Source of the DNA: an uncultured Bacilli bacterium
GTDB taxonomy: Bacteria; Bacillota_I; Bacilli_A; RF39; UBA660
Length of the DNA: 58,502 nt
Assembly (NCBI GenBank): GCA_944332555.1
Contig: CALVKF010000004.1
Span: 1 to 58,502, forward strand
Direction of reading: 5' to 3'
Positions 1 to 9,803 of the stretch are shown here, piece after piece; positions within the stretch are counted from its first letter, which is position 1; each line of letters opens with the position of its first letter. Both the position numbers and the translations under genes were made by a program. The notes under the pieces are model-generated. The model saw only the letters and a program-made list of their open reading frames with translations. It had not been told where the DNA came from and did not search any database.

Positions 1-68
1 CCTGCGCCGATTTCTCGACCTGTCGGTTTTCAAGACCGATCCCTTCAACCGGACTTGGGTATTCCTCC
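1..68 (-). tRNA. tRNA-Ser(UGA), 3' end truncated by window edge
   Basis: Reverse complement GGAGGAATACCCAAGTCCGGTTGAAGGGATCGGT-CT-TGA-AA-ACCGA followed by a long variable arm. Confidence 0.93.
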
Positions 69-249
69 ATGCATTTTTTCTGAATGCATTTAGATTATAA
101 CAAATTGAAAACGGCATGTCAATAAATTTTGTAAAAAAAATCACAATAAGTACTTGAAATAATAAAAAAAACATATTATAATAAAGAAGTCTTATTTAGT
201 TAAGACAGTGCCTTGCCCAAGTGGCGGAATAGGTAGACGCACAGGACTT

Positions 250-926
250 AAGGCCTCTGACATTTGGAAGGCCTTGAGCACTAACTTAGAAATGAGTTAT
301 GTGAATTTGCTCAAATTCGGGGAAACCTTACAGATAACGCTGATGGCAATCCCGAGCCAAGATTTGTGGGGGAATTTTGAGATTGAAATATTCTAAAGAT
401 GTATTGACAGAAATAGTTATGAAATCCAGGAGTAAACGCGAATGCTTGTTGACATTAGGATTAAAACCCTATGGTGGAAATTATCGTGTTTTACAAAAAC
501 ATTTGGATAAATATAATATTGATACATCCCATTTTTTAGGACAAGGCTGGAATAAAAATAATAGTCCAGCTGATATCAAGCCTATCGAAAAATATTTTAA
601 TAACGAAATACCCATTACTAATTATAAGTTAAAAAATCGTATTTTAAAGGAAAAATTAAAACCTTATAAATGCGAAATGTGTGGTTTGAGTCAATGGAAC
701 AATCAAAAAATTCCATTAGAATTACACCATATCAATGGCAATAACAAAGATAATTCATTTGGAAATTTACAACTTCTTTGTCCAAGTTGTCATGCATTAA
801 CTGATAATTATAGAAATCGCAAATAAGGTGTAGAGACTTGACGGGCAATACCTAAGTCGTAAGATATGGTAAAGAGAAAGTCCAGACTACAAACATGTAT
901 GTGGTAGTGAAAACTATAGTAGTAAG
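250..926 (+). ncRNA. Group I self-splicing intron (IC3/trnL type) in the U^AA anticodon
   Basis: P1 with U-G at the splice site; P AAATTCGGGGAAACC (313-327); Q GGCAATCCCGAGCCAA (345-360); R GGTGTAGAGACT (827-838); S AGTCC (879-883); P3 TTGCTC/GGGCAA; terminal G926. Confidence 0.93.
377..826 (+). CDS. Intron-encoded HNH endonuclease (putative homing endonuclease)
   Basis: CEMC...LELHHINGNNKDN...NLQLLCPSCH zinc-binding HNH motif; lies between intron Q and R elements. Confidence 0.88.
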   Translation: MRLKYSKDVLTEIVMKSRSKRECLLTLGLKPYGGNYRVLQKHLDKYNIDTSHFLGQGWNKNNSPADIKPIEKYFNNEIPITNYKLKNRILKEKLKPYKCEMCGLSQWNNQKIPLELHHINGNNKDNSFGNLQLLCPSCHALTDNYRNRK

Positions 927-990
927 AAAATCCTGCGGGTGTAATAACCCGTGCCGGTTCAAGTCCGGCCTTGGGCACCAATAAGAAACT

Positions 991-1016
991 AACCGAATTA
1001 TTTCGGTTTTTCTTTT
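991..1016 (+). terminator. Intrinsic terminator after tRNA-Leu
   Basis: AACCGAA-TTAT-TTCGGTT followed by a T-run. Confidence 0.7.
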
Positions 1017-1071
1017 GGATAAATATTGACTTTTTAAGGAATCTAATCTATTATTTAGATGGAGGTAACTT

Positions 1072-1599
1072 ATGAATTCAAAACAAAAAGTAGAATTAAT
1101 TATTGCGGCATTTTTAATTGTTTGTGGAAGTTTGCTACTTATTTTTCCTTTATTTCATTTTGTAGATGTCAAATTAATATTTTCAATAGTTTTAGGAGTT
1201 TATGCACTTTTAAATCTTATTAAATTCATACTTATTAGAAAGACTAAAGATTATGAAGGATTATTTACAACTTTAGCATCAATTATTGCTTTGGTTTTAG
1301 TATTATTTTTAGATGTTGATAATGTTCCTTGGTATTTAGCTTTATGTTTATTTGTCTGGATTGCTTTAATGTCAGTAATTAAACTTAAGAAGGCCGATTA
1401 TTACAATGACCGAAAAAGTGGGGTCTGGATTTTAGAAATTGTTTGTTTAATATTATTTATTTTAAGTGGTTTACTTACAACAATTAATTTATATTATGAA
1501 AATGATATTCAAGTATTGGTACTCGGTTACTTTTATTTAATACATGGTATACTTGAATTAGTTGATCCATTAACAAATTATTTAATAGGAAGAAAATAA
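1072..1599 (+). CDS. Multi-pass membrane protein (HdeD/DUF308-like)
   Basis: About 6 hydrophobic segments; GGAGG RBS. Confidence 0.6.
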   Translation: MNSKQKVELIIAAFLIVCGSLLLIFPLFHFVDVKLIFSIVLGVYALLNLIKFILIRKTKDYEGLFTTLASIIALVLVLFLDVDNVPWYLALCLFVWIALMSVIKLKKADYYNDRKSGVWILEIVCLILFILSGLLTTINLYYENDIQVLVLGYFYLIHGILELVDPLTNYLIGRK

Positions 1600-1667
1600 C
1601 TTCCTTTTTTTATGAATAAATTTTTTAATATGGTAGTATAATTTGTTAGAAAGAGAGGAATATTATA

Positions 1668-1928
1668 ATGGAAATTCTAAAGGTTTCATCAAAATCTAAC
1701 CCAAGTAAAGTAGCGGGGGCAATAGCAAATATTTATCGCGAAAAAAAGACAGTGGAATTACAAACTGTTGGAGCTGGATCATTAAATCAAGCTATAAAAG
1801 CTATTGCTATATGTAGGGGATTTGTTGCTCCAACTGGGGATAATCTAGTAGTAATTCCGGCGTTTAATGATATTGTAATCAACGGAGAACAAAAAACTGC
1901 AATTAAATTAATTGTCGAAAATAAGTAA
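1668..1928 (+). CDS. spoVS: Stage V sporulation protein S
   Basis: MEILKVSSKSNPSKVAGAIA...GAGSLNQAIKAIAICRGFVAP signature. Confidence 0.95.
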   Translation: MEILKVSSKSNPSKVAGAIANIYREKKTVELQTVGAGSLNQAIKAIAICRGFVAPTGDNLVVIPAFNDIVINGEQKTAIKLIVENK

Positions 1929-1996
1929 ATAAAAAGTAAAGTTATTGCTTTTTTTCTTGGTTTTTAGTATACTTGATATGAATGGAGGTAAAAATT

Positions 1997-2536
1997 ATGG
2001 AATTAAAAGGAAGCAGAACTGAAGCTAATTTAATGGCAGCTTTTGCTGGAGAATCTCAAGCTAGAAATAAGTATACTTACTATGCTTCAAAAGCTAGAAA
2101 AGATGGTTATGAACAAATAGCTGCTATATTTGAAGAAACTGCTAATAATGAAAAAGAACATGCAAAAATGTGGTTCAAAGAACTTCATGGTGGTGATATC
2201 CCTACAACTGCTGAAAATTTACTTGATGCAGCAGAAGGTGAAAACTATGAATGGACTGACATGTATGCTGAATTTGCTAAAGTAGCTCATGAAGAAGGAT
2301 TTGAAAGAATTGCATTTCTTTTTGAAGGTGTTGCTGCAATAGAAAAAGAACATGAAGAAAGATATCGTAAACTTCTTAAAAATGTTGAAGATAAGTTAGT
2401 ATTTAGCAAAGAAGGAGAAGCAATTTGGATTTGCCGTAATTGTGGCCATGTTGTTGTGGGTAAAGAAGCTCCAGCAGTTTGTCCAGTATGTGCTCATCCA
2501 CAAAGTTTCTTTGAATTAAAAAAAGAAAATTATTAA
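1997..2536 (+). CDS. rbr: Rubrerythrin
   Basis: [12 protein letters not shown], ExxH diiron motifs, C-terminal CRNCG...CPVC rubredoxin domain; start chosen after GGAGG. Confidence 0.95.
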   Translation: MELKGSRTEANLMAAFAGESQARNKYTYYASKARKDGYEQIAAIFEETANNEKEHAKMWFKELHGGDIPTTAENLLDAAEGENYEWTDMYAEFAKVAHEEGFERIAFLFEGVAAIEKEHEERYRKLLKNVEDKLVFSKEGEAIWICRNCGHVVVGKEAPAVCPVCAHPQSFFELKKENY

Positions 2537-2567
2537 AATTAAAAAGTTGGTTTCATACCAACTTTTT

Positions 2568-3305
2568 TTATAGCCCTAAAGTAACAATGGCAATAAACAT
2601 ACCCAAAGTAATTGCCGATACTAAAATTAATACCATATTACAATATCCCCTAAAATCACGGACTTTATATAAATTATTAACTTCCGCTTGGTCAGGAAAT
2701 TCTGTAAAATTTTGAGTACTAGGAGCTTTAGGATTAGTTCTAGTTAAACTCATTCCTTTTTCCATTTCTGGACTTTCTTCTTGTACTTGGTTTTGTTTTG
2801 TTATACTATCAACCTCACTGTTAATTATTGTTGCTGCTATACTCATATTATTACCCAAATTTGCCATAATCTCCTTACGAGTTTTTAAGTCTTTTAAAAA
2901 ATCATCTAAATCGGGATTATTAGGATTAGAATCAAATAAAAATTTGTTATTAGCATACATTTGAATTTTTCTTAAATAATCTCTAGCAAATTTCTTTAAA
3001 AATGCTTCTTCATCTTCTGTAATAATCATTTCTTGTGATAACATACTTTTAACTTTTTCTAATTCTGCTTCACTTTGATGATAAAAACCATTTTTTAAAT
3101 AATCAAATATATCTTGTGGTATCATTTGAAAAAATATTGTAGCAATATGATTTATTCCATCTCCAGCATTTTTGATTGAATTGCCATTAAAAGTTAAAAT
3201 ATCACTATCAGGATTATACTGAAAATCTCTTAAATTGGGATATTTTTCTTTGCATTTTTCCAATCTATTAGTTAATTCACTACTTATACTAAATAATTCT
3301 CCCAT
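2568..3305 (-). CDS. Hypothetical protein with C-terminal transmembrane anchor
   Basis: Long ORF; AAGGAG RBS before ATG 3305; hydrophobic C-terminus. Confidence 0.6.
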   Translation of the reverse strand: MGELFSISSELTNRLEKCKEKYPNLRDFQYNPDSDILTFNGNSIKNAGDGINHIATIFFQMIPQDIFDYLKNGFYHQSEAELEKVKSMLSQEMIITEDEEAFLKKFARDYLRKIQMYANNKFLFDSNPNNPDLDDFLKDLKTRKEIMANLGNNMSIAATIINSEVDSITKQNQVQEESPEMEKGMSLTRTNPKAPSTQNFTEFPDQAEVNNLYKVRDFRGYCNMVLILVSAITLGMFIAIVTLGL

Positions 3306-3529
3306 ACAAAAACACTCCTTGTATTCTATTAATAGTTTAGCAAAAATCTTCTTAAAATACAATAGTTAATTTTTTGAAATTTTACTAATTTTTAAAATTT
3401 AGGCGATTTTTGCTAAATTTTTTTAAATTTTGGCCATTTTTTTGTAAAAAACGGCCTCAATTTTTAAAATTGGTGATTTGCATTTATTGTATTTTCTTGG
3501 TAAAGTGATGGTGAAGGGAGGGATGAAGC

Positions 3530-3874
3530 TTGAATCAGGTTATTTTAGTTGGTCGTCTTGTTGATAAGCCAACTGTTATTGAATCTGAAAGTGGCAAAAA
3601 ATACACTACAATTGTTCTAGCGGTTCAAAGAGCATTTAAAAATGCTGATGGTAAATATGAAACAGATTTTTTTAGATGTGTATTATGGAATGGTATAGCA
3701 GCAAATACTAGTGAATATTGTCAATCTGGTGATGTATTAGGCATTAGAGGTCGTTTGCAAACAAGAAGTTATGAAACACCAGAAAAAGAAATTAAATACA
3801 TCACCGAAGTAATCGCTGAAAGAGTCACTTTTTTAGCAAAATGTAGTAAAGATAATGCAGAAGATGCAAAATAA
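3530..3874 (+). CDS. ssb: Single-stranded DNA-binding protein (short form, no acidic DDDLPF tail)
   Basis: MNQVILVGRL...TDFFRCVLW...GRLQTRSY...TEVIAERVTFL OB fold. Confidence 0.9.
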   Translation: MNQVILVGRLVDKPTVIESESGKKYTTIVLAVQRAFKNADGKYETDFFRCVLWNGIAANTSEYCQSGDVLGIRGRLQTRSYETPEKEIKYITEVIAERVTFLAKCSKDNAEDAK

Positions 3875-3930
3875 GTTTACATAAGGTAGAAAATTTGCAT
3901 ATTTATCTATTAGTTAGGTATACTTAATTT

Positions 3931-4302
3931 GTGGGTGATGTTATGCTAAAAGGTGATAGACTTAAAAACGGTCGATTAAATAAGGGATTAACCCAAGAAG
4001 AATTGGGATCTTTAGTGGGAGTGGGTAAATCCGCAATATGTTGTTATGAAAAAGAAACTAGAAATCCCAGTTTAGAGACAATTATTGAATTTATGCACAT
4101 TTTAGGAGTGAGTGCTGATTATTTGTTAGGTACTGATAATTTAATTAAAGTTGTCGAAAATGATGAAGTGCCAGAATATCGGACGATGACTAAAGAAGAA
4201 GTAATGTTTATTGATGAACTAAGAAAAGATAAATTAGTTTATGAAATATTATTTCAAGATCCTAAAAGAGGTTCAGATTTAGTCAAAAAAAGAATTGGTT
4301 AG
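3931..4302 (+). CDS. XRE-family HTH regulator
   Basis: LTQEELGSLVGVGKSAICCYEKETRNPSLE...LGVSADYLLG. Confidence 0.88.
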   Translation: MGDVMLKGDRLKNGRLNKGLTQEELGSLVGVGKSAICCYEKETRNPSLETIIEFMHILGVSADYLLGTDNLIKVVENDEVPEYRTMTKEEVMFIDELRKDKLVYEILFQDPKRGSDLVKKRIG

Positions 4303-4376
4303 AACTAATTGTAGAAATACAATTAGTTTTTTAATATTTGACTTTTTAACTCATATATTTTAATGGGTGAAGTAAT

Positions 4377-5162
4377 TTGAAAACATTTAGAAACATTGGA
4401 CTTCTAGCAATTGTGGCTTTTAGTTTTTTTTATACTGAAAAAATAGCTAATTTGGTTTTGGAAAATAATGAGTTATATAAAACAATTGATGATGTCAAAG
4501 AAGATTATACTGTGGCAAGTATTGATGCCGAAGTTTATGGAGATTATATTATCCCCGGGTTAAATGGGCTAGAAGTGAATGTAAAAGATAGTTATTTTAA
4601 TATGAAAGGATTAAATGCCTTTAATGAATATTATTTATTATATGATTGTATTTATCCGAGTGTATCTTTAAGTGATAATAAAGATAAAATAATTACTCAA
4701 GGTAATAGTAAAAAACAAAGTGTTTCTTTTATATTAGAATATGATAAAAATATAATTGATTATTTTACTAAAAACAATATCGAGGCCAGTGTTTTAGTGG
4801 ATATGAATACATTTGATAAATCTATAGAATTAGAACAATTAAATAATGAAGTAAATAAGTTTAAAGATCTAGATACTTTAATAAATAAATATCAAAATAA
4901 TACTAATATTTGTTATGTTAATGATAAGAATTTGGAAATTTGTAGGGAAAATAATAAATATTTAGTTCAAACAGATAATATAATCAATAATAATACAATA
5001 GTTAGTATTAAAAATAATATAGCTAGTGGTAATATTTATTATGTTAGTAAAAATACGGATGTTTCTAGTATTCAATTAATTATTAATAGTATTTTATATA
5101 AAGATTTAGATATTGTTAGAATAAGTGAACTAATAAGTGAAGAAAACCTTGAAAATAATTAG
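4377..5162 (+). CDS. Membrane-anchored protein, possibly a degenerate YlxY-like polysaccharide deacetylase
   Basis: N-terminal anchor; IPGLNGLEVNVKDSY and GNSKKQSVSF segments recall the YlxY family; catalytic motifs not evident. Confidence 0.45.
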   Translation: MKTFRNIGLLAIVAFSFFYTEKIANLVLENNELYKTIDDVKEDYTVASIDAEVYGDYIIPGLNGLEVNVKDSYFNMKGLNAFNEYYLLYDCIYPSVSLSDNKDKIITQGNSKKQSVSFILEYDKNIIDYFTKNNIEASVLVDMNTFDKSIELEQLNNEVNKFKDLDTLINKYQNNTNICYVNDKNLEICRENNKYLVQTDNIINNNTIVSIKNNIASGNIYYVSKNTDVSSIQLIINSILYKDLDIVRISELISEENLENN

Positions 5163-5252
5163 AAAATTTGCTATAATTTAGTTACTGAAAGAACTTATAT
5201 TGCCGAATTATTTATTGAATTTAGTAATGTTTTTAGAAATGGATGTGATAAT

Positions 5253-6887
5253 TTGAGTAAGATAAAAATATTTGGGCTTGGAGGCCTTTCAGAAAGTGGA
5301 AAAAATTCTTATGTTGTAGAAGTAGATAACGATATATTTGTTTTTGATGCTGGTATTAAATTTGCTAGTGGCAATTTACTAGGAATTGATTATATAGTTC
5401 CAGATTTTAGTTATTTAGTTAAAAATAGAAAGAGAATAAAAGGGTTATTTGTTACTCATGGGCATAAAGAAAATATGGGAGCTGTAAAAGATTTGGTTCA
5501 AGATATACCAGAACTTAAAATTTATGCAACAAAATATACGAGATTTGAACTTATAGAAGACGGTGTGAATAGTGATAATATTATTTTAATTAAACCTCAT
5601 AAAAAAATCCCTTTTGGGGAAGTTTCAATTTTTCCAATTGCTGTAAGTCATAGTGCTCCGGATTCTGTTATGTTTGTTATTAATGCCAAAGATGGAGCAA
5701 TTGTTTATACTGGGGATTTTATTATTGATCCAAGTATGAGTGGAGCATATGATATGGATTTAGGTAAAATTGCTTATGTTGGTAAACAAGGTGTTTTATG
5801 TTTATTATCCGAATCCTCTTTTGCGGAAAAAGATGGACATACTTCACCAAATCATCGTTTGGTAGATTTTTATAGTAATGTTATTAATCATCATGATAAA
5901 AGAATTTTATTTTCAGTTTTACCTGATCATTTATATACTATTGCCGAAATCTTTGAAGCGGCTTCTAATAGTCATAGAAAAATAGTTATTATGGGTAAGA
6001 GATTACAAAATGTAGTTAATTTTAGTAAAAAAGAAGGATATTTAGATTTTAATCAAGAAATTCTAGGAGATTTGTCTAATATTAATGATGAAAATGCTAT
6101 TTTACTTATCATGGATGATAAAACAACCCCATATGCTAATATTAGTAAAATTTTAAATGGTTATGATAAATATGTAACTTTAAAAAATACTGATACCATT
6201 GTTTTTGCAGAACCAAGATATGATAGTACGGAAAAAATATTAGTTAGATTACAAAATGATTTAGCAATGTTTGGTTGTGATATTGAAACAATACCTAAAG
6301 ATAAGGAAATACTTCATCATGCTTCCCGTGAAGATTTAATGATTATGATAAAACTACTTAATCCAAAATTTTATATGCCAGTTAAAGGAGAATATCGCTA
6401 TATGGTCAATAATGCTGATATTGCGAGTACCCTAAAAATACCTGATAGCAATATTTTGCTTAAACAAAATGGCGATGTTGTAACTTTTGAAGATGGCAAG
6501 TTAATTGATAATTTTGCACGAGTTAAAGTTGATGATGTTTTAATTGATGGCTCAAGTAATGATGATGTTGGAGATTTAGTTATTAAAGATAGAGAAATGT
6601 TATCCGAAAATGGTATAGTATTAATTAGTGCTACTATTGATAAAAGAGATAAAGTATTAATTGTTGGCCCAGAGGTTACCACAAGAGGATTTATCTATGT
6701 TAAAGATTCCCAAGATATGATTAAAGAAATAAAACATATTTGTGAAGAAATAATAAATAGTAATATAACTCCAAAATATGTTGATTTTAATCAAATAAAA
6801 GTGGAAATTAGAGAAAAATTAGGAAATTATTTATATCAAGAAACTGAATGTAAGCCAATGATTATTGCGGTTGTTCAAGAAGTTTAA
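5253..6887 (+). CDS. rnjB: Ribonuclease J (J2-type)
   Basis: GLGGLSESGKN, degenerate metal motif THGHKENMG as in J2, YTGDF, PVKGEYR, C-terminal KPMIIAVVQEV. Confidence 0.85.
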   Translation: MSKIKIFGLGGLSESGKNSYVVEVDNDIFVFDAGIKFASGNLLGIDYIVPDFSYLVKNRKRIKGLFVTHGHKENMGAVKDLVQDIPELKIYATKYTRFELIEDGVNSDNIILIKPHKKIPFGEVSIFPIAVSHSAPDSVMFVINAKDGAIVYTGDFIIDPSMSGAYDMDLGKIAYVGKQGVLCLLSESSFAEKDGHTSPNHRLVDFYSNVINHHDKRILFSVLPDHLYTIAEIFEAASNSHRKIVIMGKRLQNVVNFSKKEGYLDFNQEILGDLSNINDENAILLIMDDKTTPYANISKILNGYDKYVTLKNTDTIVFAEPRYDSTEKILVRLQNDLAMFGCDIETIPKDKEILHHASREDLMIMIKLLNPKFYMPVKGEYRYMVNNADIASTLKIPDSNILLKQNGDVVTFEDGKLIDNFARVKVDDVLIDGSSNDDVGDLVIKDREMLSENGIVLISATIDKRDKVLIVGPEVTTRGFIYVKDSQDMIKEIKHICEEIINSNITPKYVDFNQIKVEIREKLGNYLYQETECKPMIIAVVQEV

Positions 6888-6953
6888 GAATCTAGAAATA
6901 GATTCTTTTTTTACATAAAAAAACAAGCTTAAAAGCTTGTTTGGTTTTATTTA

Positions 6954-7029
6954 TGGCGCCCAATGTAGGACTCGAACCTACGACCTAACGGTTAACAGCC
7001 GTGCGCTCTACCGACTGAGCTAATTGGGC
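6954..7029 (-). tRNA. tRNA-Asn(GUU)
   Basis: GCCCAATTAGCTCAGTCGGTAGAGCGCACGG-CT-GTT-AA-CCGTTAGGTCGTAGGTTCGAGTCCTACATTGGGCGCCA. Confidence 0.96.
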
Positions 7030-7124
7030 ATTACTCCATTAGTATATACAAAATTGGGGTAATTGTCAATTAGTTTTAAGAAGTTTTTTGCATTTTATGG
7101 ACTTTATTAGCTTAATTTGGTAAA

Positions 7125-7793
7125 ATGAATATAGGTTTAGGGATAGGTATGGAAAAAAAATTAGAAAAAGATGTAAAAAACATTTATAATTTATTTTGGA
7201 TTTTTATCTTTGGCTCTGTTGCTGGTTGGTTTATCGAAGGTTTATGGACTTTCTTAAAAAAAGGAGTTTTGATAAATCATTCGGCGGTAGCAATAGGTCC
7301 ATTTAATATGGCATATGGTTTAGGTGCTGTAGTTTTAACTTTGTTATTATATAAAAGAACCAAAGATAAGGCATGGAAATTATTTATACTAGGGTTTCTT
7401 GGAGGAACAATCCTTGAATATATTATGAGTGTAGGTATGGAGTTTGTCCTAGGTTTTTCGGCTTGGAATTATTCAGCAAAATTTTGGAATCTTAATGGAA
7501 GAGTAAGTCTCCTTTATTCTGTATGTTGGGGAGTACTTGCAATCGTTTGGGTAAAAGCATTACCTACATTTATAAAGTTTATTAAAAAGATGGATTTTAA
7601 CATAGGTAAGAAAATGGCTTATGTTCTAACAGTCTTCCTTATTTGTGATATGATTTTTACTTATGTTGCCCTAGATCGGTCAAGAGAAGAAAGTAAAGGT
7701 ATACCACCCGCAAATAAGTTTGAAGAAGTATTAGATAAGTCGTTTAATAAAGAGTTTTTGCAGAATATGTTTAATAATAATTGGAGTAAGTGA
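7125..7793 (+). CDS. Putative ABC-transporter permease-like membrane protein (DUF1113/CmpB family)
   Basis: GWFIE...GPFNMAYGLG...LEY...WNYS..FWNLNGRVSL..SVCWG; true start may be 7149. Confidence 0.8.
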   Translation: MNIGLGIGMEKKLEKDVKNIYNLFWIFIFGSVAGWFIEGLWTFLKKGVLINHSAVAIGPFNMAYGLGAVVLTLLLYKRTKDKAWKLFILGFLGGTILEYIMSVGMEFVLGFSAWNYSAKFWNLNGRVSLLYSVCWGVLAIVWVKALPTFIKFIKKMDFNIGKKMAYVLTVFLICDMIFTYVALDRSREESKGIPPANKFEEVLDKSFNKEFLQNMFNNNWSK

Positions 7794-7794
7794 T

Positions 7795-8886
7795 ATGAAA
7801 ATAGTTGTGTTTACTTGTAGCACCGGCGGAGGACATAACGCTTGTGCAAAATATATTAAAGAAGAATTTAATTTAAATGGGATTGAATGTGATGTTAAGG
7901 ATTATTTTGAACTTATTGGTCCAAAAGCATCTAGTATGGCTGAAAAAATATATTTAGATTCTACGAAGGGTAAGGGAAGTATCTTTGGGGGAGTCTATAA
8001 ATTAGGAGAACTTTATAGTAAAACAAATATTCCCAGTCCAGTTTATGGCTTAAATGTTTTAGTTAAAGATAAGTTGAAGAATTTTTTGAAAGAAAATGGT
8101 TATACTTTAGCTATGGGAACACATTTGTTTCCATGTCTTGCTTTAACTAAATTAAAAAAAGAAGAACCAATTCATTTTATTAATGTTGCAACTGATTATG
8201 CTTGTATTCCTTTTTGGGAGGAAACAAATCCTGATGCTTTTGTAATTCCAAGTGTCTTATTGCGAGAAGAATTTGTTAAAAAAGGTATCCGTGGAGATGT
8301 TATTTTACCATTTGGTATACCTGTTGCTACAACTTTTATTAATGCACGTGTTGCTGAAGATTTGCCAAAAGATAAAGATATTGTTTTAATTGCTTCAGGT
8401 AGTATGGGTTTTGGAGATTTAAGAAGTGTAGTTTTAAATTTGCTTTCGCAGATTCCTGATGTTTATTTTGTGGTAGTCTGCGGCAATAACAAAAAGTTAG
8501 AAGAAGACTTAAAAACTATTAATAATCCTAATTTAATTGTCCGCGGATTTATTAAAAATATGAATGAATATATAAAGTCTAGTAAAATTGTAGTAACTAA
8601 ACCAGGAGGTCTCACAACTACGGAAGTTGCAGTTATGAATAAGCCTTTGATTCATATTAATCCAATACCGGGGGTAGAAGATTATAATGCTAGTTTTTTT
8701 GCTAGTAATAATATGAGTCTGCGAGTTAATAATGTTAGTGATTTAGCTAATGCTGTTGGAAGATTACTATTAGATGTTAATTTAAGAAATGAAATGATTC
8801 AAAATCAAAGTAGATATATAAATAAAAATAGTGCTACTGATTTAGTTAGATATGTAATGGAAAATTATGGGAGTGAACAATTATGA
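7795..8886 (+). CDS. UgtP/MGDG-synthase family glycosyltransferase
   Basis: [39 protein letters not shown] motifs. Confidence 0.88.
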   Translation: MKIVVFTCSTGGGHNACAKYIKEEFNLNGIECDVKDYFELIGPKASSMAEKIYLDSTKGKGSIFGGVYKLGELYSKTNIPSPVYGLNVLVKDKLKNFLKENGYTLAMGTHLFPCLALTKLKKEEPIHFINVATDYACIPFWEETNPDAFVIPSVLLREEFVKKGIRGDVILPFGIPVATTFINARVAEDLPKDKDIVLIASGSMGFGDLRSVVLNLLSQIPDVYFVVVCGNNKKLEEDLKTINNPNLIVRGFIKNMNEYIKSSKIVVTKPGGLTTTEVAVMNKPLIHINPIPGVEDYNASFFASNNMSLRVNNVSDLANAVGRLLLDVNLRNEMIQNQSRYINKNSATDLVRYVMENYGSEQL

Positions 8887-9803
8887 ATGAAGAAAAAATA
8901 AGTATGTTAGAGCGTTATGGCGAAGATTTAACTAAAAAAGAATATATTACGGATCCAGCCATAGCCAGAGATGAAGAAATAAAACAAGTAATTTTAACTC
9001 TTTTAACACCAGAAAAAAGTGCCTTGCTTGTTGGTAAGCCAGGGATTGGTAAAACTGCTATAGTTGAAGGTCTTGCTTATCGCATTCAAAAAAATGATGT
9101 ACCAGATGCTTTAAAAGGTTGGTCATTAATTAAGGTAAATATCACTAGTTTAATTGGTTCAACCAATAGTGAAGGTCAAATAGAAAATAGAATTGATTTA
9201 TTAGTTAGAGAATTAAGCGAAAGACTAAATACTATTATTTTCATAGATGAAACTCATCTTTTAGTTAATAAATCTGGTGGTCTAGATTTTGCTAATATGT
9301 TAAAAGCGGGTCTAGATAGAGGAACAATCAAAATGATTGGAGCAACAACTACAGAAGAATATGAACAATATATTTTAAGAGATAGAGCTTTCTTGAGGAG
9401 ATTTCAAAAAATTGATGTTTTAGAAGCTGATAAACCAACAGTTGTTAAAATTCTTATGGGAACTATTCCAAAACTAGAAAAACAAATTGGAGTTAAACTT
9501 AATTATCAACCATTTGTTGTTGAAAAAATTATGGCCTTTATTGTGGAAATGACTGATGAATACAAAAGAGTTTATGAAGTTGCTAGTAGATACCCTGATA
9601 TTTGTTTAACTATTGTTGCTAATGCTTTTACTTATGCTTTATATGATAACGAGCATGTTGTTACTACGAAACATTTTTATAAAGCAATTTGTAATGCCAA
9701 AAATATTTATGAAGATGCCAAGAAAAAAGAAATTGAAAGATTTAAAACAACTTTTGCGGATATGCTTGTCTCTGAAGGTGTTGATTTATCTGATACTGAT
9801 TAA
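8883..9803 (+). CDS. Stand-alone ClpA/B/C-type AAA+ ATPase (first nucleotide-binding domain only)
   Basis: [10 protein letters not shown], Walker A GKPGIGKT, Walker [26 protein letters not shown]. Confidence 0.85.
   Translation: MNEEKISMLERYGEDLTKKEYITDPAIARDEEIKQVILTLLTPEKSALLVGKPGIGKTAIVEGLAYRIQKNDVPDALKGWSLIKVNITSLIGSTNSEGQIENRIDLLVRELSERLNTIIFIDETHLLVNKSGGLDFANMLKAGLDRGTIKMIGATTTEEYEQYILRDRAFLRRFQKIDVLEADKPTVVKILMGTIPKLEKQIGVKLNYQPFVVEKIMAFIVEMTDEYKRVYEVASRYPDICLTIVANAFTYALYDNEHVVTTKHFYKAICNAKNIYEDAKKKEIERFKTTFADMLVSEGVDLSDTD

Larger units (their letters stand above)
215..980 (+). tRNA. trnL: tRNA-Leu(UAA), intron-containing (exons 215-249 and 927-980)
   Basis: 5' exon GCCCAAGTGGCGGAATAGGTAGACGCACAGGACTT joined to 3' exon AAAATCCTG...GGTTCAAGTCC...TTGGGCACCA reconstitutes CAGGA-CT-TAA-AA-TCCTG, with encoded CCA. 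Confidence 0.95.

Noticed and set aside
208-396. 62-aa ORF
   Set aside because: Overlaps the tRNA-Leu 5' exon and the intron core; spurious
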